DNA of 40,881 nucleotides from NCBI RefSeq assembly GCF_006345805.1, contig NW_021835331.1, positions 1 to 40,881 of the forward strand. The letters run 5' to 3'. This document shows, in pieces, positions 1-13,302 of the stretch. The notes under the pieces were generated by a model, which saw only the letters and a program-made list of their open reading frames with translations, did not search any database and was not told the origin of the DNA. The stretch is from Octopus sinensis (taxonomy: Eukaryota). The position numbers and the translations under genes are program-made. Numbering within the stretch: the first letter of the stretch is position 1; each line of letters starts with the position of its first letter.

Positions 1-147
1 TAGTTGTAGTAGTAATAGTAGTACTAGTGTTGGTGGTGTGTGATGGTTATGGTGGTATGTTTGATGATTGGTGCTATTGTGCTTCAAGATGTCATTCGGA
101 GTCAGGATAACATAATTACAGAAGGATGATTTTAATAATAATAATAA

Positions 148-211
<64 letters not shown>
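148..211. repeat. (TAG)n microsatellite
   Basis: About 21 perfect TAG units following a short (TAA)n. Confidence 0.95.
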
Positions 212-212
<1 letters not shown>

Positions 213-460
213 ATAAGAATTCAAGCAGCTGTGATGCTTCCCTCACTGCTCTTGATCGTAATCGGAGATGCACATATCATCAGCCATTAAGGGATATGCT
301 CAACTGGTTAAGGTCAACAACTGACAAGCATATCTGTGGTATTGAGCAGAATATTTGCTGTAGCCCATCTTTTATTCCAAGACAAAGCTTACACATGTTA
401 ACACTTCCTGTCAGTTATCAGATGCCACAAGAGCCACTGCCTGGAACTGCTTCAGAGCAT

Positions 461-680
461 TAATAATCCTTTCTTCTATAGGCACAAGGCTTGAAATTTT
501 AGGAGAGGGTGCCAGTCGATTATATCGATCTCCAGTATACCACTGGTACTCATTTCAGCGACTCTAAAAGGATTAAAGGCGAAGTGCACGTCGCGGAATT
601 TGAACTCAGAACGTAAGGAAGGACGAAAGGCCGCGAAGCATTTTGTCCGCCGTGCTAATGATTCAGCCAACTCGCCGCCT
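461..680 (-). mobile_element. tRNA-derived SINE, family A (GGCGGCGAG head, (ATT)n tail)
   Basis: Reverse complement reads ggcggcgagttggctgaatc...ttctgagttcaaattccgcg (B-box-like)...agaaaggattatta. It matches the copies at 6853-7299, 22301-22544 and 30666-30896. Confidence 0.85.
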
Positions 681-887
681 TTATCAGAGCTTTAATGATA
701 AAACTAAATATTCTTTGTTTTAGCTATATGAGTCCAATACATGTAAAACAATATTGAAGAGCAAAATACACCCAAGAGTCGGGGTTTACTTACATCGATC
801 AGAAGGAAGTCAGTAACAGTAAATATATAACGACATATCTGTCTGTCTGTCTCTCCTTCTCTCTATATATATATGTGTGTGTGGCGG

Positions 888-930
888 CGTGACAGCGTGG
901 TGACTAGATATATATATGTGTGTATATATA

Positions 931-979
<49 letters not shown>

Positions 980-1006
980 TATATATCTAGTCACCACGCT
1001 GTCACG
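888..1006. repeat. Near-perfect ~120-bp palindrome centred on (AT)n
   Basis: 888-913 cgtgacagcgtggtgactagatatat is the exact reverse complement of 981-1006. The interior is self-complementary AT/GT repeat. Confidence 0.95.
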
Positions 1007-1660
1007 TCATCAAGGTGTCACGCTGCCACGCTGTCATGCCACCACGCTGTCACGTCACCACGCTGTCACGCCAACACGCTGTCACGTCACCACGCTGTCA
1101 GGCTGCCACGCTGTCACGTCACCACGCTATCACGTCACCACGCTGTCACGTCATCACGCTGTCATGCCAGCACGCTGTCACGTCACCACGCTGTCACGTC
1201 ACTACGCTGTCACGTCATCATGCTGTCAGGCTGCCATGCTGTCACGTCACCACGCTGTCACGTCCCACGCTGTCACGCCAACACGCTGTCAAGTCACCAC
1301 ACTGTCACGCCGCCATGCTGTCACGTCACCAAGCTGTCACGAGCCACTCCATCACGCAACCACGTTGTCACACCTCCATGCATCGATGCATCATATTTAC
1401 CATGCACAACATTGCAATCTAGCAATCAGGTGACACCGATTTCATGCAACCACGCTGACATGCTATCGTACTATCACGTTGTCAAGCCAAAATAGTGTCA
1501 CGCAGTCAAGGCGTTACAAAAACATGCCATTACGCAGAGATACCGTCTCATGACAATGTAATTATGCAGTCACATTGACAAGCAACAATTCTATCAAGCT
1601 GACATACAAAAATATCATCATGCAACCATTCTGTCACGCAGTTATCACATCACGTTGTTT
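991..1660. repeat. 8/16-bp minisatellite (CACGCTGT-CACGTCAC), decaying toward the right
   Basis: Clear 16-bp period 995-1350. A degenerate 8-bp register persists to about 1660. The overlapping ORFs are repeat artefacts. Confidence 0.9.
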
Positions 1661-2243
1661 TTCTGTGACACTTGCATGCTGTTTCACTAAATCACACGCT
1701 GTATTTACGCCACATTAAACAACAAGCTATACTGTTTGCCGCATTTGCTTCAAAAGAATACACTTGTGCAGTAAAGTTCTTGAAATCTTCAAACCTTTCA
1801 GCATTTCAAAGCGTCGACATACTTGACTTTCTGTTTTCTACATTAGATTTTTCTGTTGCAAAAATTATTTTCTTTTTCCCTTCTCTTTCCTCAAATGCCC
1901 TTTTCACAATTTTCTGCTTTTATTTTATTTATTTATTATTTATTTTTTTTTGTTATTTCACTTTGGAAACAACTGAATTCTTAGAAGAGAGTATCTGTCA
2001 CCATCACGAAGGGATGAAATTACAATAAAAACAATAATAATAAAAAATATCATCAACAAGAACAAGAACAAGAACAACAATAACAACAACAATAATGATA
2101 ACAATAATAATAATAATAATAATAATAATGATATTGATATTGGACGATTATGATGAGTTCGTTTATTGGCCAAAATAGCTCATCACATCGGAGTCAGTAT
2201 CAAAGTAAAAGAAAGGCTAAATGCGAGGGCTTACATCGCATTG

Positions 2244-2293
<50 letters not shown>

Positions 2294-2450
2294 TTACTAC
2301 TACTCCTGCTGCTGCTAGTAGTAGTGGTAGTAAATTCGTGTAAATGTGTGTAAGATGAAAAATATTTTTTAGGAAAATAAAACAAAATTATTTCAAAATA
2401 TCTTGTTATTCCCCCAACATATGTGTGCCTGTGTCTGTGTGTACATTGTA

Positions 2451-2491
<41 letters not shown>

Positions 2492-2530
2492 GACATATAT
2501 ATATACATATATAGACATATATAGTATATA

Positions 2531-2607
<77 letters not shown>

Positions 2608-2799
2608 TTACATATATATATATATGTCTGTATATATTTGTGTATATATATATATATATATATGTGTGTGTTTGTGTGTGTGTGAACGCGTTCGAAGAAT
2701 ATGTCTGAGCATGCATAATGTTTACTCTTTTCACAATTCGCTCTGCTCCAACACACACATACGCACACACACACATACACACATACATACATACATACA

Positions 2800-2833
<34 letters not shown>

Positions 2834-3519
2834 CATGCATACACACGCACTTGCATTAACATAGACACAACGACACACACAAACACACATACACGCACGA
2901 AATATAAATTAAGCAAAAAATCTTTAAAATTCCAATACAAAATTAAAATTATGCAAATACAGAAACAAATAATCTAAATAAATAAATAGATAAATAAATA
3001 AATAATTTCTTTTTTTTTTAAAGACAGATAAAGAGAAGAACAGAAACACCGACGCTAGAAATTTATTTAAATGTTAAACATAAAAATACTTTAAAATAGA
3101 TTGTTAATACAAAAATAAAAATGAATAAAAGAACACAAATATAAATAGTTAAATAATAAAAAAATATTAAATTATTGAGACAACTCGGTACTGTTTGATG
3201 TTTGACGTAATGATAAGGTGAAAGATTAAAGGTCAAAGGTAAATATGTAAAAATACCAAAGAGACATTCTACTAAATCGTCACTAGGAAATGTTTAATAA
3301 TTTTTCTTTTAAATAAAATTCTTTCCCTCCTTTTCGAAAATATCTCGGTCAGAGTCAAAAGAAAAATAAATTTGTTTGTTGGGTTTTTTTTTCTTCTCCT
3401 TTTAAAAACTTGCATTCGTAACAATAGTTATTGGATTTCTTTTGTTTTTGTTTTTGCTTTGGATTTTTTGTTTTTTTTGGTGGTGCTCTTTTTCGTTGTC
3501 GTCATCGTTGTAGTCGTCG

Positions 3520-4092
3520 TCATGATGATGATGATGATGATGAGGATGATGGTGATGATTGTCATCATCATCATCGTCGTCGCTGTCGTCGTAGTCATCT
3601 TCATCATTCATCACCATCATCATTCATGTCATCACCATCATCATCATCATCATCATCACCGTTGTCGTTATCATCGTCGTCATCATGATCGTCATGATCG
3701 TCATCATCATCATCATCATCATCATCATCACCTTCTTCTTCTTCTTCTTCTTCCTCATTGATCACCATCATCATCTGTCTCGTCATCACCATCATAATCA
3801 TCGTCGTCGTTCACATTACTACCACCGACATCATCATAATCATCATCATCATCGTCTCCGTCGTCGCCATCGTCATCATCGTCATCATTATCATCATCAT
3901 CCTCATCATCCTCATCATCATCATCATCATCATCAACATCATTATCATCGTGATCATCGTGATCATCGTGATCATCGTGATCATCAACATCCTCATCATC
4001 GTCATCATCGTCGTCATCGTAATCATCGTCATCATCGTCATCGTCATCATCATCGTCATCATCGACATCATCATCATCATCATCATCATCAT
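3520..4092. repeat. Compound (GAT)n/(CAT)n/(CGT)n/(CTT)n microsatellite
   Basis: Direct reading; source of the poly-H, poly-I and poly-D pseudo-ORFs. Confidence 0.95.
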
Positions 4093-4340
4093 ATATACAT
4101 ACACGTAAAGAATACTCTTTATTTCCCTACTACGTCAAAGCACTTTGCTTCGGGAAATATACGATGTGCAGGATGTGTTGACGTAAGTGACAAACTTTCG
4201 CCCAAGATAAATCCAAGCTTCAAGCTATTTAACCATAGCCAAGACCAATTCACAATCGTACCTAATTAACCGTAACCAAGACTATTACACTGTCTTCGCT
4301 AATTAATAACAATTTCGAAGACCAGTTTGGGCTTGTAGCT

Positions 4341-4355
4341 CAGTGGTTCTCAACC
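4341..4355 (+). mobile_element. Possible hAT-type terminal inverted repeat (left end only)
   Basis: CAGTGGTTCTCAACC resembles the termini of hAT/Charlie-like MITEs. No matching right end was found. Confidence 0.3.
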
Positions 4356-4627
4356 ATTTTTCTTGTCAATGGATCCTTTTTTTTCCTATTTTGCACGAGT
4401 GACCCTAAATAGCCATCTGATGTTTAAAAAATAATTTATTTTTGATAATTAAATATTATTAGCAATTGTATGAAAAATGTTAACATGTTCTGCGACTTGT
4501 TGAAGTATAAACAATCTATCCTTTTGTTCTTTTGTTCTTTTAATTGTTGTAGTTTTTTTACTGCGGCCATGCAAGAAGCTAGTTATACTTCTATAAAACG
4601 CAAAATAGTTTAACAATCTATTTTAGA

Positions 4628-4799
4628 GGAGTAGGAGTGGCTGCATGGTAAGAAGATTGCTGCCCAACCACATGGTTCTGGGTTCAGCCCCACTGCGTGA
4701 CGCCTTGGGCAAGTGTCTTCTACCAAACCCCAAGGCGACTAAACCTTGTAAATGGATTTGGTGGGGAGAAGCAGAAGAAACCCGCCGTATATATATAAT

Positions 4800-4833
<34 letters not shown>

Positions 4834-5081
4834 ATATATATATTATATATATTATATATCTGTTTATGTTTATGTGTTCCCCATCGTTGCCACTTGACAA
4901 CCTATGTTGGTTTCTTTATGTCCCCGTAACGGAAAAATATACCGATAGAATAAACACCAGGCTTAAAAATTAAGTACTGGGGGTGGGGGGGCGATTCATT
5001 CGTCAAATATAATTTAAGGTTGTGCTCCAGCGTGGCCGCAGTCTAATATCTGAAACAGATAAAGGACAAAAGATAAAAGAT
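4628..5081 (+). mobile_element. tRNA-derived SINE, family B (CORE-like, resembles octopus OR2), diverged
   Basis: Head ggagtggctgcatggtaag...ggttcagcccc (A/B boxes), CORE-like gccttgggcaagtgtctt, internal (AT)n, and 3' gtgctccagcgtggccgcagtc shared with the other copies. Confidence 0.85.
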
Positions 5082-5185
5082 AAACGATACAATTCCTAAT
5101 TAATAGAATAACAAAAGGTAATAATATCTTTTTTTTAAACACTGAAGGATCCACCCGAGTAATATTGGAAGAAAATAGGTTCCGG

Positions 5186-5380
5186 TATGGTTGTGTGGTA
5201 AGAAACTTGCTTCCCAACCACATGGATTCCGGTTCAGCCCCACTGTGTGGCACGTTGGGCAAGTGTCTTCTAACATAGCTGCGGGCCCACAAAAGCCTTG
5301 TGAGTGAATTTGGTAAACGGAAACTGAAAGAAGCCCGTCGAATATGTATATACATATATATGTGTGTGTGTGTGTGTGTA
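5186..5380 (+). mobile_element. SINE family B, 3'-truncated
   Basis: Head and CORE-like part through ggaaactgaaagaagcccgtcg, then (AT)/(GT)n, interrupted by the next repeat. Confidence 0.85.
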
Positions 5381-5700
5381 TCTGGCCAGCCCCAAGGAAA
5401 AACTAAGCTAAGAGCATTAGATTCCTTGGAAGAAAACAGCGAATGTATACAAAAACAGGGATGGAAAGAAAGGACAATGTTACAGAAATACAATAAATAT
5501 AATAACAGGACATAACAACAAGTGTCTTTCGACTAAGGACGAATTGAATTAAGCTGGCGCGTGTGGAAATGAAGACTTACGGCAGGGATACAAGATTCCA
5601 CAGACAGAGGGAGGAATATCGATGTTGCACGAACAACGGCTAGACCAAGAAAGAAAGATCAGGCTTCGCCGAACGCCGGTCATGTGAGAAGAGAAGAGAG
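5381..5700. repeat. Unclassified dispersed repeat (also at 15570-15820)
   Basis: tctggccagcc..aaggaaaaactaagc and gaatgtatac.aaaaca.gga.ggaaa occur in both copies. The second copy lacks about 30 bp between these two blocks. Confidence 0.7.
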
Positions 5701-5799
5701 AGAGAGGCAGAGGAACAGAAGGATTAAGGAGGGGCGAGAAAAAATGACAGGGACACAGTGAAGTGAAAAGTGGAGGGAAAGTGAGCAAGAAGATGATGG

Positions 5800-6310
5800 T
5801 GATAATGATGGTACTGATGACGACAACGACGATGACGATGATAATGATGATGATGATGATGATGACGGTGACGACGACGACGACGATGACGATGATGATG
5901 ATAATGATGATGATGGAGGTGATGATTATAATGATGGTACTGGTGACGACAACGGCGACAGCGGCGATGATGATGATGATGATGGTGACGATGCCAACGA
6001 CGGCGAAGAAGATGAAGAGAATGATGATGACGACGACGACGACGACGACGACGATGATGATGATGATGATAATGATGATGATGATGATGCTGATACCTGT
6101 GATGGTGGTGGTGGTGGTGGTGATGGGGATTACGAAGATGACGACAACCACGAGGATGGTGGTGGTGGTTGTCGCCGTCGTCGTCGTCGTCGTCGTCGTG
6201 ATACGGTTGTAGCCATGATGATACTGAAGTTGCTAATGACGACGCCGATGAAGACGACGACGATGACAGCGAATGATGGAGATGGCGATGATAATAACGA
6301 TGCGGAGGAT
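5800..6310. repeat. Compound (GAT)n/(GAC)n/(GGT)n microsatellite
   Basis: Direct reading. Confidence 0.95.
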
Positions 6311-6799
6311 GATGCGGAAGAAGAAGACGCGGCGGGAAGAAGCGGGAAGAGGTAGGTGGAAGAGAAGAAAATGATTGGTGGTGGTCGAGGTGGGAGGGGA
6401 GAAAATTGGTGGAGAAATATGAAGGATGAGGGAAATTATGTAGAATTAAGAAAATAAGCAATTTAAACGTGACAGATTTATGTTACTTCAAATTATATGG
6501 CGACCGGAAGAAGAAATAGGGGAAAGATAAGGCGAGATATTTCATAAAAACAATGAAACCGTTTAAAAGCGTTATTAGAAAGACGGGGGTCGACCCCCTA
6601 ATTGTAATCCTTGTCAAGATTAAAAGAAGTAAACATAGGAACTGTCATAATAACTCGCAACAAATTAAGGCAATTTGTGTTTGAAAGTGTGTTTGTGTAG
6701 CCTGGTGGTTAGGGTGTTGCATTTGCGAATATACGATTGTTGTTTCGATTCCTTCATCATCCGCTGCCTTTTGTTTATTTATTCTTTTATTCTTTCAAG

Positions 6800-7299
6800 G
6801 CGGCGAGATTTCAGGCCTTGTACCTAGAATACTAGAAAAGAATATTAATAAAGGCGGTGAGCCGGCAGAAACGTTAACACGCCGGACGAAATGCTTAGTG
6901 GTATTTCGTCTGCTTTCACGTTCTGAGTTCAAAATTTCCATCGAGGTCAGTCGTTTCGATCGACCCCAGGACGCAACTGGTGCTTAATTTATCGACCCCG
7001 AAAGGATAAAAGGCACAGTCGACTTCGATGGAATTTTGAACTGAAAACGTGAAAACAGACGAAATACCTATTTCTTTATTACCCCCAAGGGGCTAAACAC
7101 AGAGAGGACAAACAAGGACAGACACACGGATTAAGTCGATTATATCGACCCCAGTGCGTAACTAGTACTTATTTAATCGACCCCAAAAGGATGAAAGGCA
7201 AAGTCGACATCGACGGAATTTGAACTCAGAACGTAGCGGCAGACGAAATACCGCGAAGCATTTCGCCCAGCGTGCTAACGTTTCTTCCAGCTCGCCGCC
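6800..7299. mobile_element. Cluster of family A SINE pieces: head-tail deletion stub (6800-6850), + partial (6853-6950), - copy with an extra partial unit (6955-7299)
   Basis: ggcggcgag is joined directly to the tail atttcaggccttg. A + head lies at 6853 and a - head ends at 7299 (ctcgccgcc). Confidence 0.85.
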
Positions 7300-7363
7300 T
7301 GGCAGGCAATGGGTTAATAGCTGATACGTCAAGCGTGCAATAGACCCTCGTCCGCTAATTTTA

Positions 7364-7646
7364 TAGGGTGTTGCACTCGTCATGGTTTCGATCCACGGAC
7401 CAGCGCGTGCATTGTGTTCCTGAGCAAAGAATTTCGTCTTATGTCGCTGCAGTTCACTCAGTTATGAATAAAAGCGTTTAAATAAAATGGCAAGGAAGAT
7501 GACCGTTTGACGGACCGGCGTCTCGTACAAGTTTAAAATGTGCTACGCTGACGATTGCGCGATTATGGTTTCGATTCCTTGGCCGGCCGGTACGTTCTGT
7601 TGGTGAGTAAAGCATTTCCTTTTACGTTGCTGCAGTTTACTCAGCC
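7364..7646 (+). mobile_element. Two decayed fragments of tRNA-like SINE family D (others at 6697-6752 and 8107-8181)
   Basis: Shared pattern agggtgttgcac...gtttcgattcc.ggaccgg...ttgtgttc.tgag(c/t)aaa...gctgcagtt.actcag. Confidence 0.55.
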
Positions 7647-7649
7647 ATA

Positions 7650-8037
7650 CTCTTTTACTCTTTCACTTGTTTCAGTCATATGAGTGTGGCCATGCTGGAG
7701 CACCACCTTTAGTCGAGCAAATCGACCCCAGGACGTATTCTTTGTAAGCCTAGTACTTATTCTTTCGGTTTCTTTTGCCGAACAGCTAAGTTACGGGGAC
7801 GGACGTAAACACACCAGCATCGGTTGTCAAGCGATGTTTGGGGGACAAACACACACACATACATATACATATATACGACGGGCCTCTTCCAGTTTCCGTC
7901 TACCAAATCCACTCACAAGGCTTTGGTCGGCCCGAGGCTATATTAGAATACACTTGTCCAAGGTGCCACGCAGTGGGAATGAACCCGGAATCATGTGGTT
8001 GTAAGCAAGCTACTTACCACACAGCCACTCCTGCGCC
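7650..8037 (-). mobile_element. SINE family B, full length, low divergence
   Basis: Reverse complement: ggcgcaggagtggctgtgtggtaag ... ggcaccttggacaagtgt ... gactgaaacaagtgaaagagtaaaagag. Confidence 0.92.
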
Positions 8038-8662
8038 TATGAATAATTTCTGACAATAATTGGAAAGTTAAAACTACGGGGACCGGCCATACCGTTTAGT
8101 GTCATAAGGGCGTCGCACTCCCGAATGTAAGGTGTCGTTTCGGTTCCTGGATCGGGTGGCGTTTTGTGTTCTTGAGTAAACAAGTAACAACAACAAGAAT
8201 AACAGTAACTACAGTAGATACAACATCAACAACAACCACAGCAAAACAACAACAAAAAAACAAGAAATGTCTGACAGCATTTGTAAACAAAAGCATCAAA
8301 AGCTTGAATGCGAAATAATAGACAATTACGTAATTAGAGGAAAAATATAATCAACATTGATAGCAAAGAACAACAGCAATAACAACAACAACGATGGCGA
8401 CGACGACGGCGACGGCGCCGACAAAAACGAATAACAACAGTGAGGAAAACAACGTAAACAGCGATGACAAGGACTGCAACGAAAACAAAAACAACAACAA
8501 TAAAAACGACGGCGACGATGATGATGATGACGATTACGATGAATGCAGCAGTCGTCATAGAAACTATAATCTTAATTTCCTTATTTAAAATCAAAAACCA
8601 AAATCGTTTTTTTAAAGATATCAGAAACTTGCAAATACCACAAATACACCCAACGGGATGTT

Positions 8663-8674
8663 CGTCATCGTCGA

Positions 8675-8714
<40 letters not shown>

Positions 8715-8745
8715 GTCGTCGTCATCATCATCATCATCGTCGTCG

Positions 8746-8798
<53 letters not shown>

Positions 8799-8960
8799 GT
8801 CGTCATCATCATCATCATCATCATCATCATCGTCGTCATCGTCTTCATCATCGTCATCATCATCATCGTCGTCGTCGTCGTCATCATCATCATCATCATG
8901 ATCATCATCATGATCATCATCATCATCATCAACATCATCATCAACATCAACATCATCATC
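8663..8960. repeat. (CAT)n/(CGT)n microsatellite
   Basis: Direct reading. Confidence 0.95.
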
Positions 8961-9000
8961 ATAAGCAACTTGTTGCTTAACCCTAATCATATATATATTA

Positions 9001-9324
9001 TATATGAGGGGCTTCTTTCAGTTTCCGTCTATGAAATCTACTCACGAGGCTTTGGTCAGCTCCAGGTGAAAGTAGAAAATAAAAGAATATAAATACATAT
9101 TTATAAATATATATGTATATTCTTCTATTCTTTTACTTGTTTCAGTCATTTGACTGCGGTCATGCTGTAGCAACGCATTTAGTTGAAAGCCTAGTATTTA
9201 TTCTGTCGGTCTCTTTTGCCGAACCACTTGATGACGGGGACGTAAACATACCAACATCAGTTTTCAAGTGAGGGTGGGGTGAAAAACACAGATAACAACC
9301 ACACACAAACACGCATACACGTGC

Positions 9325-9370
<46 letters not shown>

Positions 9371-9480
9371 ATTATATATATATATATATATATATGTATA
9401 TGTAGTATATATATGTGTATATATTATATATATATTTATAAATATATATATACATATATATATATATGTATCTGTTATGA

Positions 9481-9523
<43 letters not shown>

Positions 9524-9690
9524 ATATATATGCAACGTCCTTCTTTCAGTTTCCGTACACCAAATCCATTCGCAAAGCTTTGGTAGTCCAAGGCTATAGT
9601 AGAAAGCAAACTGCCCATCGTGCTACGCAGTGGGACTGAACCCGGACCCATGGGGATAGGGAAGCAACCCTCTTATCACACATCCACATA
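9001..9690 (-). mobile_element. SINE family B fragment (9001-9066) plus a full copy (9121-9690) with an expanded internal (AT)n
   Basis: Matches 7650-8037 block by block. The (AT)n at about 9325-9532 replaces the short internal repeat. Confidence 0.85.
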
Positions 9691-10287
9691 CAAGAAGAAC
9701 AGAGATTTGCAAATCGCCAATATATTTTACTGTTATTTACACTATATCACCATGGCCTATACATGTTTCCACAGCAGTGACCGAACACTGTGGTAGATGT
9801 GACCATGCAATATCGTCAGTGCAATTTGACCAGGGTCCTTACCTTAAGTCCTCTTCGAATTAAACTGGATAAAGATAGCGCTTGTTGCTTAGTGTTCAGT
9901 AGAATGTATGGTTGTTGTTATTTATCGAAACTTGACCTAGAATTCACCCCTGACGTATTTATAATTAGAGCATGTTCTAAAATAGGTGAAGTCTGGGGTT
10001 TTGTTTTTGAAGTGATTTTAGTAATTCTTAATAGCTCTGTGTGTTACGTGTTGTATTGAATACATTGTCTACGTAGAAATATTTAATTAATCCCATTCAT
10101 GCTTTGTGGGTGCTCCTTTATTACTATTGTATATTGTGTAATGTTTTCATTTAAATTGCCCAAACGTCAAATTTGTTTCCGTGGAGCCCTCTTAGTGCTC
10201 GCTCTAGTCCTGTATTTACTAATATGTATTTTGAAGTGAAAATATATATGTTCATCGTATCAACCTGTTACATATGTTCACATTATC

Positions 10288-10377
10288 TCTCTCTGATGAC
10301 GGTATACTTAGTCTTTGGATTCCACGCTGGACGTGATATTACGATAGGCAGGATATTCTAGAAACAGCTGTCGGAGA
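10288..10377 (+). ncRNA. Putative type I hammerhead ribozyme in a PLE-like terminal repeat
   Basis: Stem I tctct (10288-92)/ggaga (10373-77); CTGATGA 10293-99; GAAA 10361-64; palindromic stem III ACAGCTGT; C17 at 10372. Stem II is long and weak. Confidence 0.6.
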
Positions 10378-10461
10378 CAAACTAAACCTTTTATTATAGA
10401 ATTAAATTAAATGTACCCGTCACATCTTGCCAAACTGCTTGCCTTTTCATTTCTGCTTTAA

Positions 10462-10480
10462 TCTATCTATCCATCCATCC

Positions 10481-10576
<96 letters not shown>

Positions 10577-10594
10577 CTCTATCTATCTATCTAA

Positions 10595-10646
<52 letters not shown>

Positions 10647-10733
10647 TTACCTATCTGTGTATCTATCTATCTATCTATTTATCTATCTATCTAGCTAGCC
10701 AGCTAGCTACCTATCTTTATCTATCTATCTATA
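10462..10733. repeat. (CTAT)n microsatellite
   Basis: Direct reading. Confidence 0.95.
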
Positions 10734-11148
10734 CATGCACACCCACAGGCATATATATGTGTGTGCATGTATAGGTATATACATACATATTCATATATGC
10801 ATATATACATGCATTTTTATATATTCACTCTCATACACAAACACACATAAACACACACACATAAATGTGTATAATATGCATAAAATCATATGCACTTGGG
10901 AATATCAGCGATACACAGAAGCATATAAACGAGTGAACGCATGCGTATATATCTGTTTTCGTTGGGTATGTGTGAATGTGGGTGCGTGCTTGCATACATC
11001 TATAAGCCAGTAAATTATCGGAGGTTACATATTGCACATATATATTATATATACACACAAAATTTGCCGTATATATGAGTACACAGATGCATGAATCTCC
11101 AAGTGCACACAAACGTATACTCACTGACTCATAAAATATATCCATATA

Positions 11149-11183
<35 letters not shown>

Positions 11184-11675
11184 ATATATACGTGTGTGTG
11201 TGTATAATGTGCATATTGTATTGGTTTTTCTTGCATATATTTAAACAGATCAATGATTACCAACACATATGTTTATAATCATATATACACACACATGTAT
11301 ATATATGTATAAATACATACATATAAAAAGAGAGAGAGTTGGATTAAAATATAGATACGTATAGATGTATAAATATATTCATGTACATATTCATATACAT
11401 GTATGTACAGTGTGTGTGTGTGTTTGTGCGCGAGTATATATATATATATATATATACAAAGGCAGAGAGAGAATCTAAGATATAGATAGATAGATATAGA
11501 TGTAATGATATATGCATGTAAATATTCATATACATGTATATACATAGTGTGTGTATAAATGTGTATATATGTATATATATATATATATATGTACATATAT
11601 ATATACATATATATATATATATACATATATGAGATAGATATTTATATGCAAATACGTATATGTGTGTATATATAT

Positions 11676-11751
<76 letters not shown>

Positions 11752-12482
11752 GTGTGTATAATTTCATTTTAGTCCACGAATGTGTATATGCATATATGCA
11801 CGGTTGTGTGTGTGTCTGTCTGTCCGTGTGTTTATATGTACGCATATATCTTTAAATGCGTTATATTTATCTATGACTAAGCTTTTCCGAGTCAGTCCGA
11901 GTGTGTATGTACCAGTCAGTGTACACGTACGTGTATCTCTGTTTGTACGCATGTATGTATTTATGTGTGGATGTGTGTATGGATTGATGGATGGATGGAT
12001 GGAAATCTATATGGGTATGTGTAAGCTCTGGGGGGTGTTTTATAGCTTGATATTATGTAAACTCTAGTAACCGTAGATCGCATCAAAATTTTAGCGTATA
12101 AATTTACATTCACATTACCATTATCAATATATTAATTATTTTTGTTAACATCACCACCACCACCACCACCACCACCACCACCACCACCATCATCATTATC
12201 CTCATCATCATCATCGTCATCATCATCATCTTCATCATCATTGTCTTCGCCGTCATCCTCATCATAATCGTCAACATCATCATCTTCGTCAACATCATCT
12301 TCGGCATCTTCCTCCTCCTCCCCTCCTCATATTCTTATTCATCTTATTATTGTTATGTTTATTATTCTTATGTCGTTTTATTATTTGTCTTTTCGTTGTT
12401 TTATTACTTTTATCATTACCATCATTATCATCATTATCACCACTTTATTGCAATTAATACGATTATTAATGTTAGCTTTTAC

Positions 12483-12539
<57 letters not shown>

Positions 12540-12654
12540 AAACATTATTATCATCATTATCGTTGTCATTATATTCCTTTTAATTTGTTATTTTTATTAT
12601 CATTGTCGTTATCATTTTCATCCTTTATTACTATAACTATAATTATTATTATTA

Positions 12655-12695
<41 letters not shown>

Positions 12696-13199
12696 GTAAC
12701 TATCAACATCATCATCATCACCACCATCATCATCTTTCATTTTATTATGACCACTGTTCTTGTATTTGTTGTCGTTAATATACAAAGAAGAAAAAGGATG
12801 GAGAGATGAGGCTGGGTCGTTTAAATATCATCAAATCAGCTTTGCCATATTTTTACATTGCACATTCCTTCGAACATTCCGACGTATCTAAGCTGTACAA
12901 AAATGGATATTTTACGATATATGTACGCGCGTGTGTGTATAAGTGTGTGTATATATATATATATATATATTTATTTACAAGCATAAACCTAGACATACAC
13001 ATATATATAGAGACGAAAATATCTATTTATATATTTTTGTTTTTAAATTTAACTCTTAATTTGCTTTGTCCCCTATTTTCAAACATAAACTCTTCTTAAT
13101 CATACAAATATACTTTATTACTGGCATCTGTGTTTGTGCGTAATACATAATTATACATATACATAAAGACACACAAGGATACATGCACACACATACACA

Positions 13200-13210
13200 T
13201 ACACACAAAC

Positions 13211-13302
<92 letters not shown>

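Noticed and set aside
3190-3242. Cluster of TF-like motifs (TGACGTAA, AGGTCAAAGGTAA DR1-like)
   Set aside because: Short motifs are expected by chance in 41 kb, and there is no conservation or gene context.
4329-4350. gggcttgtagctcagtggtt resembling a tRNA 5' end
   Set aside because: No B-box or cloverleaf follows, and the overlap is better explained as a hAT-like TIR or chance.
9790-10060. Inverted PLE N-terminal coding piece upstream of the hammerhead
   Set aside because: Only a faint, frameshifted similarity by eye; not supportable without an alignment.
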